Of a DNA stretch of 35,485 nt, positions 18,324 to 25,951 are shown piece by piece. The stretch comes from an uncultured Lachnospiraceae bacterium. GTDB taxonomy: Bacteria > Bacillota > Clostridia > Lachnospirales > Lachnospiraceae. The notes beneath the pieces are model-generated. The model made no database searches. It was not told the DNA's origin and saw only the letters and a program-made list of their open reading frames with translations. Each line of letters begins with the position of its first letter. Position 1 is the stretch's first letter. A program made the translations under genes and the position numbers. Location of the stretch: positions 1-35,485 of the forward strand of contig CAMWYL010000001.1 in the NCBI GenBank assembly GCA_947178465.1, written 5' to 3'.

Positions 18324-19586
18324 TTATTTAATAATCTCCATTATTCTTACGCCAAAGCTTTCCTCTATAACAACAACCTCGCCTTTGGCGACAAACTTGC
18401 CGTTTACAAGCACGTCTATCGGCTCACCCGCAATCTTGTCAAGCTCTATGATGGTACCCGGTGCAAACTCGAGAATATCTGAAATAGCTTTGTTCGTTCT
18501 GCCAAGCTCTACTGTTACCTCCAACGGCACATCCTTGATAAGACCGATACTCTCGGCGCTTACCATCTCACCCTGTCCTGCGGAGAAATTCTGGAACTGA
18601 GCCGGCTGAATACTTACATTGGGCATTCCATATCCCATTGGCATTCCTTGGGGCATTCCCATCGGCATACCACCCATAGGCATTCCTTGGGGCATTCCCA
18701 TTGGCATACCACCCATAGGCATTCCTTGGGGCATTCCCATCTGTGGTTGCATTCCCATACCCATGCCCATATCCGGCTGCATCCCCATACTCATATCCGG
18801 CGCGGGTGCTGCCGATGTGGGAGCCGCAGGTGCAGGAGCAGGTGCCGCAGGTGCAGGAGCAGGCTCCGGTTCGGAACCGCCCATCTGCTGGGCCATAAAG
18901 GTCTCAAATACGGATTTCGCAAAATCCAACGGATACAACTGCATCAATACCGAATCAACCAACTCGTCAATCTGCATCCGAAAGGCTACCTTAACGAATT
19001 TCCCTTCAAGAAAAGGAGAAAGATCTCTGGGTTCCTTGGTCTGCAAATCTACCAGACTTGCCTCCGGCGGGCTGATATCGATTGTCTTGCCAAGCATGGA
19101 GGAGAGAGAAGTCGAAGACGAACCCATCATCTGGTTCATCGCCTCTGAAATCGCACTCAAATGCAGATCATTCAGCTCCCCGTCTGTATTCGTACCGTCA
19201 CCACCCATCATTAAATCGGTGATAACCTTTACATCATGCTCCTTCAACACTAAGATATTGGTACCGTTCAAACCGACCGTATATTTAATTTGAATAAATA
19301 CGCAGGGCTTCTCATACTCATTCATCACCTGCTGCCAGTCGCACATGTCAACTACAGGAGTTGTAATATTCACTTTTTTGTTTACCAGTGAATAAAGAGT
19401 TGTGGCCGAAGTACCCATGCTGATATTGGCTACCTCTCCTATTGCATCTTTTTCTACATCCGTAAGGTCATCTCCAGCACTGACACCCTCCGCGGTTGCA
19501 GCCGGTGCTGAACTGCTATCATCTGCCGATAAATCAACACCGTTTAACAATGCATTTATTTCATCCTGAGATAACATACCATCCAT
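18324..19586 (-). CDS. fliY: flagellar motor switch phosphatase FliY
   Basis: LSQDEINALL N-terminal peptide, two CheC-like ExxN motifs, C-terminal FliN/SpoA domain. Confidence 0.95.
   Translation of the reverse strand: MDGMLSQDEINALLNGVDLSADDSSSAPAATAEGVSAGDDLTDVEKDAIGEVANISMGTSATTLYSLVNKKVNITTPVVDMCDWQQVMNEYEKPCVFIQIKYTVGLNGTNILVLKEHDVKVITDLMMGGDGTNTDGELNDLHLSAISEAMNQMMGSSSTSLSSMLGKTIDISPPEASLVDLQTKEPRDLSPFLEGKFVKVAFRMQIDELVDSVLMQLYPLDFAKSVFETFMAQQMGGSEPEPAPAPAAPAPAPAAPTSAAPAPDMSMGMQPDMGMGMGMQPQMGMPQGMPMGGMPMGMPQGMPMGGMPMGMPQGMPMGYGMPNVSIQPAQFQNFSAGQGEMVSAESIGLIKDVPLEVTVELGRTNKAISDILEFAPGTIIELDKIAGEPIDVLVNGKFVAKGEVVVIEESFGVRIMEIIK
18640..18741. repeat. in-frame 39-bp tandem repeat (~2.6 copies) in fliY
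   Basis: Unit ggcattccttggggcattcccat(c/t)ggcataccacccata starts at 18640, 18679 and 18718; encodes GMPQGMPMGGMPM. Confidence 0.9.
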
Positions 19587-19590
19587 TGTC

Positions 19591-20571
19591 TTATTCCTCC
19601 TCCCTGTTCACTGATGTTATTCTCACAGCGTAGGACTCTTTATTTGCCCCCGGCACTGCACTGAACTTCTTGATATTGCCCACATAAACATCCAGCTCAT
19701 CATCGACCTTCGAATCCAGTCTTATAATGTCCCCCACCTGGATATTGACGAAATCATGCACCGTAATCACACTCTTACCGAGCACCGCCTTAACCGGCAC
19801 ATCCACTCTGCGAACCATACTCTCAATAAACTGTTCGTAGTTCTCGTCATCCAGCTTCTGCAGGCTTGCATACCAGAATTTTGTATTTAATCTGTCCATG
19901 ACAGACTCTAATGTAAAGAATGGCAGACATACATTCATCAAGCCCTCTACCTCACCGATCTTGACATTCATGGTAACAAGCGCCACCATGTCGCTCGGTG
20001 AAATAATCTGAGCGAACTGCGGATTCGTCTCTATTCTCTCCAAAAACGGCTCGACTTCCGCAACGTTCTTCCATGGTTCCCGAAGCAGCTGCATACAGAT
20101 AACCATGATACGTTCAATTATGCTCATCTCGATTTCCGAAAATTCCCTCGGTTTCTCGAGAGCCTCTCCCCGACCGCCTAACATTCTGTCTATAATCGCA
20201 TATCCCAACCCGCTTGTCAACTCCATAATAATAGAACCGGGCATTGGCGAAAAATTTACAACCGTAAGCAATACGGGATTGGACAACGCATTCGAAAACT
20301 CCGCAAAGGTTACCGTTTCTGAGCTTGCCACATTTACCTGTACATTCTTTCTCAGGTAAACCGGCAGATTCGTTGATAAAAGTCTTCCATAGTTGTCAAA
20401 TATCATATTCAGGGTTCTCAGATGTTCCTTCGAGAACTTCGCAGGACGGCTAAAATCGTAATTTTTAACCTGTTTCTCGTCCTTCTCCTGCATCTCGTCT
20501 ACATCCAGTTCACCACTGCTTAACGCTGCAAGCAGACTGTCAATCTCGCTTTGCGATAGTACTTCAGCCAT
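19591..20571 (-). CDS. fliM: flagellar motor switch protein FliM
   Basis: VLSQSEIDSLL CheY-binding peptide, YDF.RP.KFSKE, MLGG.G, ETNPQF. Confidence 0.96.
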   Translation of the reverse strand: MAEVLSQSEIDSLLAALSSGELDVDEMQEKDEKQVKNYDFSRPAKFSKEHLRTLNMIFDNYGRLLSTNLPVYLRKNVQVNVASSETVTFAEFSNALSNPVLLTVVNFSPMPGSIIMELTSGLGYAIIDRMLGGRGEALEKPREFSEIEMSIIERIMVICMQLLREPWKNVAEVEPFLERIETNPQFAQIISPSDMVALVTMNVKIGEVEGLMNVCLPFFTLESVMDRLNTKFWYASLQKLDDENYEQFIESMVRRVDVPVKAVLGKSVITVHDFVNIQVGDIIRLDSKVDDELDVYVGNIKKFSAVPGANKESYAVRITSVNREEE

Positions 20572-20620
20572 GTGTCAATCACCCCCTAGACTGATTGGTT
20601 CCCGCTTAATCTTAGTTAAA

Positions 20621-21130
20621 TTATGAGAACAGGAAGTTGTAGGATACCTCGTAAATAAAGTCTGAGAACCGCTCCTGAACTCTTGTAAGAATTTCCTTCT
20701 TAATCTGAGCAGAGCTTACTCTTGCCTCGTCTATCGTGTACTCAGCCATTACCGTAAAGATGATATCCTTCAGCAGGGCTTCTCTATCCGCCATTGTCTC
20801 ACCATATGTAGCATAATCCTCATGCTTTGTATTCATGGAGAAAGATACGCTTCCGACTGCATAGTGTGCCGTACCGTCCTCGCTTGTCTTTAAAGGAATG
20901 GTAAGCTCCTCTGAGATATTATAGAACGCCGTATCCGCCTGCGACACCGTCGCGCTTAAGTCAGACTGCGGCAAGCCGTTGATCTCAAGGTCGATGATGG
21001 ATGAAATATCCGCCACCAATGCGGCCGTCTTTCTGGATGCACTGGCTACGCTCACCATCATAATAGCGGATAAAACAATATTTACCACAAGCAAAGCCAA
21101 GATAATAATAGACAACAGGTTTCTTTTCAT
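20621..21130 (-). CDS. fliL: flagellar basal body-associated protein FliL
   Basis: N-terminal TM helix, 169 aa, between motB and fliM. Confidence 0.85.
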   Translation of the reverse strand: MKRNLLSIIILALLVVNIVLSAIMMVSVASASRKTAALVADISSIIDLEINGLPQSDLSATVSQADTAFYNISEELTIPLKTSEDGTAHYAVGSVSFSMNTKHEDYATYGETMADREALLKDIIFTVMAEYTIDEARVSSAQIKKEILTRVQERFSDFIYEVSYNFLFS

Positions 21131-21147
21131 TTTTGTTTCCCCCTTAT

Positions 21148-22038
21148 TTAATAGGTGCTCAGCGAGTTATAGATTTTAATCTCAACCCGTCTGTTTTTCG
21201 CCCTTCCCTCCGGTGTAGAATTATCTGCAATCGGCATGTACTCTCCCCTGCCGGAATGCTTCATCATTCCCGGGTCAACCGCCGAATTATCTTTAATATA
21301 ATTAAATACCGTCAACGCCCTGTAGCTGCTCAAAACATCATTGTTCTCATATCTTCCGCCGTTTAACGGCACAGAATCCGTATGTCCCTCTATCTCTATA
21401 ACAGAGTCCGCATACTTAGTAAGGAGCACCCCTATCTTATTCAAAACAGGAATCGCCTCCTCCTTCAAATCTGCTCTGCCGGAGTCAAACAGAAAAGCGC
21501 CATCTAACGTGAGAATCACATAATCCGCATTGAACTCGACATCCACTATTTCCGACATCATGCTTTCCTGAAGTGCTTCTTCAATCATCTCCGCAAGCTC
21601 CTCAGAAAGCTGTAATTTCTCTTCTTCCAATTCGGCCAACGCCGCCTGTAACTCATTGATTTCCGCCTGACTCAATCCAAGTTCTTCCGCCTTCTCCGCA
21701 ACCGCCTGTGCCGCCGCGCTTGTACTCTCCTGAAAATCCGTCACATCAGAATCCGACTCCGCCGTTTTACCGGTCGAATTGACAAACTCATCTAACTGAT
21801 TGAGCTGGCTGACACCCATACTCACTAAAATACCATCGCCGACTGCCTGTGCGCCGCCTTTAAAGACACTGAAGGTAGACTGAAACGACCTCGCCACTTC
21901 TTCAAACTTTGCGGCATCAACGCTTGACATCGCAAACAGCATAACGAAAAAGCACATCAGCAGAGTCATCATGTCCGAAAAGGTACCCATCCACTCGTCC
22001 AGGCCCTTTTTCACTTCCTCCTCTTTCTTTCTTGCCAT
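21148..22038 (-). CDS. motB: flagellar stator B subunit (MotB/MotS/PomB family)
   Basis: TM WMGTFSDMMTLLMCFFVMLF with conserved Asp22; OmpA-like domain EGHTD...LS..RA...NRRVEI. Confidence 0.94.
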   Translation of the reverse strand: MARKKEEEVKKGLDEWMGTFSDMMTLLMCFFVMLFAMSSVDAAKFEEVARSFQSTFSVFKGGAQAVGDGILVSMGVSQLNQLDEFVNSTGKTAESDSDVTDFQESTSAAAQAVAEKAEELGLSQAEINELQAALAELEEEKLQLSEELAEMIEEALQESMMSEIVDVEFNADYVILTLDGAFLFDSGRADLKEEAIPVLNKIGVLLTKYADSVIEIEGHTDSVPLNGGRYENNDVLSSYRALTVFNYIKDNSAVDPGMMKHSGRGEYMPIADNSTPEGRAKNRRVEIKIYNSLSTY

Positions 22039-22829
22039 TAAGCCTCACCTCCGGCCTCTTCGCCTGATCCTCTTTCCTTAGGAGCCAGGAAGGATTTCAG
22101 TTTCTCTTCGATAACACGCGGGTTCTCACCTGCCTGTATGGACAGCAGACCCTCTATCATAATCTCCTTCGCCTGTACCTCCGTCGCATTTTTGGCCTTA
22201 AGCTTGTTCGCCGTCGGCGTACAAATCCAGTTCGCAAGCAGAGAACCGTAAAAGGTGGTAATCAACGCAACCGCCATTGACGGTCCAAGCGTTGAAGGGT
22301 CGGACATGTGCTGCAACATGATAACCAAACCAACCAGTGTACCGATCATACCCCACGCGGGACCCATCGAAGCCATGGTTTCCCAGAAGCCGATCTTATC
22401 CTTATGCCGTCCCTCAATACTGTTTAAATCCGTCTCCAGAATTCCTCGCACAAGCTCCGGATCCGTACCGTCTACAATAAGCATAATGCCCTTCTTCATA
22501 AATTCATCTTCCAGATTGCCGGCCGCTTCCTCCAAAGAAAGAAGACCTTCCTTTCTGGCAACATTGGAAAGCTCTATGATTTTTGTAATCATCTCTGTAA
22601 CATTGATATTTACAGGCTTAAAGATTAACGGGAAGCTCTTAAGACCGTTTACAAAATCAGACATGCTTACCGACATCATGGTACACATGACCGCGCCACC
22701 AAAGGTAATCAATACTGACGCGGGATCGATAAAGAAGTTTATCGCCGCAAAGCCGTCGTCACCACTTACGATACCAAAGATAACCAGGACCATACATGCC
22801 ACAAACCCCAATAAAGACGCTAAATCCAC
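22038..22829 (-). CDS. motA: flagellar stator A subunit (MotA/MotP/PomA family)
   Basis: ARKEGLLSLE, PAWGMIGTLVGL, AVALITTFYG, SIQAGENP; GTG start with AAGGGG RBS. Confidence 0.94.
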   Translation of the reverse strand: MDLASLLGFVACMVLVIFGIVSGDDGFAAINFFIDPASVLITFGGAVMCTMMSVSMSDFVNGLKSFPLIFKPVNINVTEMITKIIELSNVARKEGLLSLEEAAGNLEDEFMKKGIMLIVDGTDPELVRGILETDLNSIEGRHKDKIGFWETMASMGPAWGMIGTLVGLVIMLQHMSDPSTLGPSMAVALITTFYGSLLANWICTPTANKLKAKNATEVQAKEIMIEGLLSIQAGENPRVIEEKLKSFLAPKERGSGEEAGGEA

Positions 22830-22897
22830 TTTTCCACACCCCTTTTATCTTTTGACATGACCGCATAAAACAGCCTATGTACTCAATTTCTATATCT

Positions 22898-22926
22898 ATA
22901 ATACTGTAAGGTAACATAAATTGCAA
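22898..22926 (-). promoter_or_regulatory. putative sigma-A promoter TTGCAA-N17-TATTAT upstream of motA
   Basis: Exact 17-bp spacing in the 150-bp flbD-motA gap. Confidence 0.55.
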
Positions 22927-22979
22927 CATTTTTCTGAATAAATTACCTGACGGCATCCACTCAAAAAAGCGGATTTTCT

Positions 22980-23192
22980 TTACGTTACATCCGATGAATC
23001 CGCGGTTTCCTGCCTGAAATATTCCCTCCTGGCATTTTTTACAATTTCTTTGATTTCATGTCTGCTTTCCGTAACAATTATCTTTTTCCCACTTGTAAGT
23101 GTGATAACCGTGTCCGGTGTCTCCTCGACCTGCTCTATCAGGCTGGTATTCACCAAAAGCTTTGAACCGTTGAGCTTTGTCACTTCTATCAT
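22980..23192 (-). CDS. flbD: flagellar FlbD family protein
   Basis: MIEVTKLNG...N..LIE.VEETPDTVITL..GKK..V.ES pattern. Confidence 0.9.
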   Translation of the reverse strand: MIEVTKLNGSKLLVNTSLIEQVEETPDTVITLTSGKKIIVTESRHEIKEIVKNARREYFRQETADSSDVT

Positions 23193-23239
23193 GTCATATT
23201 TCCTTCCTTACCCGGGACGTTTCTTTAATCCCTCGTATC

Positions 23240-23268
23240 AGTATACTATGAAATGTGTCTCGTTTCAA
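23240..23268 (-). promoter_or_regulatory. putative sigma-A promoter TTGAAA-N17-TATACT upstream of flbD
   Basis: 5/6 matches at both hexamers, 17-bp spacer, AT-rich upstream tract. Confidence 0.65.
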
Positions 23269-23301
23269 GCAAAAGAAAATTTTGGTTGAAAAGTCTCAGT
23301 T

Positions 23302-24741
23302 CTAAGCCAGAAGCTGCCGCTTTCGCCCGATCATCTCGTCGATTCTCCCGATATATTGCGTGACGTCCTTCACATTCTCACACCGCTCGATCAGTCCGTC
23401 ATTATGCACCCGCTTTGAGATGCTCCCCGCACCAAGCGCCACTATGGTCTGCACTTCCTCCATAATGAGAATATTGTAAATACCATATTTCCCTTCCCGT
23501 GCATATCCGACATTCTCAAAATTGCCGGACATGTTTTTCTGACGGTAGAGATAATAGGGCTGCATCTTCATCGCTGCCGCACCCTCTGCCGCAATCGCCA
23601 TCGTATCATCCGTATTGCGTAACGTCGCTATCCCGTTCTCTTCAATCCACTGACTCATTTTTGACGCGCGTTTTATCGCAAGCGAATGCACTGTAAGACT
23701 GTCGGGCGAAAGCTTCTTAATTTCCTCCAGTGTATGTGCGACATCCGCTTCAAGCTCCCCGGGCAGCCCTAAGATAATATCCATATTGATATTGTCAAAG
23801 CCCTCTGCACGCGCCATCGCAAAGGCATCCTTTACCTGCTCCACGGTATGCTGCCGTCCGATTGACCGAAGTGTTTCGTCCTTCATCGTCTGTGGATTGA
23901 CGGAAATTCTGGTCACGCCATGCTTTTTGAGTACCGCCAGCTTTTCCGGCGTGATACTGTCTGCGCGCCCTGCCTCCACGGTAAACTCGCTTACCATGCT
24001 GAAATCAAAACATCCCCGTACCTTGCCAAGCAACCTGTCAAGCGCATTTGCCTCAAGCGTTGTCGGCGTACCGCCGCCTATGTAAACGGTATCGAGAATT
24101 TTATCCCTGTAGGCCTCCGCCACAAAATCAATCTCCCGAAACAGCGCCCTCAGATATTCCCCCGTGCGCTTCCTCCACGCCGCGATCGGATAGGACGTGA
24201 AGGAACAGTACAGACAGGTTGTCGGGCAAAACGGGATCCCGATATACAGGCTGTAACCGTCACGATAATGAAGCCCGCTCAGTATCTGCCGCTCGCGCTT
24301 GGCGATGTCAAGGCTTAACGCGGTCTTTTCATCACTGACCGCATGTGTTTCTTTCATCTGTGCGATAATCTCCTCATCACATATCCCTTCCTCCAGCATT
24401 CCCATGGGAATTTTCGTCGGACGGATCCCCGTGAGGTTTCCCCATGGCAGTGTTTTTCCCGTGTAATCACACAAGTCATAATATAATGAAAGTTTGTAGT
24501 CATTTTTTGTCACGCTTCCGGAGTTTTTATATGTATGCGCATATTCCTTCCTATACGCAATATCAAGCACCAGCTCCATTCCGTCATCCGAAAACCGTAT
24601 TATAACCCGACTGTCACTGTCTTCCTGACCGTTCATCGCGCTTTCATTATACACTTTCACATCATGTTCCGGATAAAACGCTTTCAGCAAAGCATGCAGA
24701 TCATATTGGTAATTCTCTCTATTTGTATAAACATTAATCAT
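23302..24741 (-). CDS. hemZ: radical SAM HemZ (coproporphyrinogen dehydrogenase-like)
   Basis: PWG.LTGIRPTK, YIGIPFCPTTCLYCSF (CxxxCxxC), GGGTPT, PYYLYRQK. Confidence 0.92.
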   Translation of the reverse strand: MINVYTNRENYQYDLHALLKAFYPEHDVKVYNESAMNGQEDSDSRVIIRFSDDGMELVLDIAYRKEYAHTYKNSGSVTKNDYKLSLYYDLCDYTGKTLPWGNLTGIRPTKIPMGMLEEGICDEEIIAQMKETHAVSDEKTALSLDIAKRERQILSGLHYRDGYSLYIGIPFCPTTCLYCSFTSYPIAAWRKRTGEYLRALFREIDFVAEAYRDKILDTVYIGGGTPTTLEANALDRLLGKVRGCFDFSMVSEFTVEAGRADSITPEKLAVLKKHGVTRISVNPQTMKDETLRSIGRQHTVEQVKDAFAMARAEGFDNINMDIILGLPGELEADVAHTLEEIKKLSPDSLTVHSLAIKRASKMSQWIEENGIATLRNTDDTMAIAAEGAAAMKMQPYYLYRQKNMSGNFENVGYAREGKYGIYNILIMEEVQTIVALGAGSISKRVHNDGLIERCENVKDVTQYIGRIDEMIGRKRQLLA

Positions 24742-24763
24742 ATTGCCATTCTCCCGTCCCAGC

Positions 24764-25219
24764 TTACATCACATGCAAATCTTCGAAGATAAGCGTCATA
24801 TGCCGGTCATCCGTTTTTCTAAGCAAAAATCTGCCGGTCAAATCACTCTGTACGCCATTTAAAGGAACATCATACCAAATCTCCGCAATATCATTTCCCT
24901 GAAACCACTTGCAGTCATAATTGATGTCAATACTGTCCAAAATTTTGTCCTTATCCGGCATATCCTTCAAGGATGTAACTTTATAAAGGCATCCAAAATC
25001 CTTCAGTATTTCTTCCCTGGTACACCCTGCCAATCCATATCCGTACACTACAGACTCCAAAAGCTCCGGTGTCCATTCATTATCCTCATAATAATGCAGC
25101 GTATCATATGGTATCAGCTCCAAAGCTTCTTTATACCGTTCCTGTGCCATCAGCTCTGTCCACTCAACCAACACAACCTTAATTTCATCTTCCCTTGCGT
25201 GTACCGGTAAAATCTTCAT
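24764..25219 (-). CDS. hypothetical acidic protein (151 aa), resembles DUF7668/immunity-like family
   Basis: Clean ORF co-oriented in the operon; C-terminal YDVPLNG.QSDLT..F....L.FEDLHVM motif; visibly more AT-rich than the hemZ core. Family name from memory, tentative. Confidence 0.65.
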   Translation of the reverse strand: MKILPVHAREDEIKVVLVEWTELMAQERYKEALELIPYDTLHYYEDNEWTPELLESVVYGYGLAGCTREEILKDFGCLYKVTSLKDMPDKDKILDSIDINYDCKWFQGNDIAEIWYDVPLNGVQSDLTGRFLLRKTDDRHMTLIFEDLHVM

Positions 25220-25251
25220 CCTTGCTTCGCCCTTCCGAATCTTATAATCGC

Positions 25252-25326
25252 AAAATCCATGCCTATCCCAGGCAAGTAAAATCCATGCCTATCCCAGGCA
25301 AGTAAAATCCATGCCTATCCCAGGCA
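25252..25326. repeat. 26-bp tandem repeat x ~2.9 (aaaatccatgcctatcccaggcaagt)
   Basis: Exact copies start at 25252, 25278 and 25304 (third copy 23 bp). Confidence 0.95.
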
Positions 25327-25332
25327 TGGATT
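25303..25332 (-). terminator. hairpin over the MBL-hydrolase stop codon, possible weak intrinsic terminator
   Basis: Perfect 11-bp stem AATCCATGCCT-GGGAT-AGGCATGGATT followed by TTACTT on the minus strand. Confidence 0.45.
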
Positions 25333-25950
25333 GTATTTTCTTTCATATCCTACTGTTGTTCTGTCCCCGTGGCCGGAATAAAGCTCCACATCATCCGGCA
25401 GCGTCATAATCCTTTCCCGTATCGAATCGCCAAGCTGCTTCATCGAGCCTGAATAAAAATCCGTCCTGCCTACCGATTCGTTAAATATCGTATCTCCGCA
25501 GAACAGCACCTTATCCGCTTCAACATAATAACAGCACCCGCCTTTGGTATGCCCCGGTGTATGGAATACTTCAAAGTCCACACCCGCCATCGTAAAGGTC
25601 TGCCTGTCAGTAAAATATTCGTCGGCCGCAAAGCCATACGCCGTACCAAACCACCCTGACAGATTTTTCTCAGGGTCCTGCAAAATCTCATCCTCGTCTT
25701 TATAGGCATAAATCTTAGCCCCGCTCAGCTCCTTGAGCCGTAGCGCACCGCCCGTATGGTCGCCATGACCGTGCGTCAGCAGGATACCTGCAATCTTCTC
25801 AATGCCAAGACTCTTGACATCCGCATACACGGTATCGCCCTGTGCGCCCGGGTCAATAATCACGATCTCATCCGCGCCCTCCCGATATACATAATAGCAA
25901 TTTGTCTGACATGCACTAAGCACACGCCGCTTCACTCTTAAATCCGCCAT
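25315..25950 (-). CDS. MBL-fold metallo-hydrolase (glyoxalase II/YcbL-like)
   Basis: THGHGDH, TPGHT.G, GDT.F..SVGRTD, GHG motifs; ATG 25950 just after the relA stop. Confidence 0.9.
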   Translation of the reverse strand: MADLRVKRRVLSACQTNCYYVYREGADEIVIIDPGAQGDTVYADVKSLGIEKIAGILLTHGHGDHTGGALRLKELSGAKIYAYKDEDEILQDPEKNLSGWFGTAYGFAADEYFTDRQTFTMAGVDFEVFHTPGHTKGGCCYYVEADKVLFCGDTIFNESVGRTDFYSGSMKQLGDSIRERIMTLPDDVELYSGHGDRTTVGYERKYNPCLG

Positions 25951-25951
25951 A

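Noticed and set aside
23193-23301. c-di-GMP riboswitch or invertible flagellar switch upstream of the cluster
   Set aside because: The predicted leader is only about 40 nt, with no riboswitch consensus, flanking inverted repeats or recombinase visible.
25252-25326. Possible mini CRISPR array
   Set aside because: Repeats are directly contiguous with no unique spacers, and there are no cas genes.
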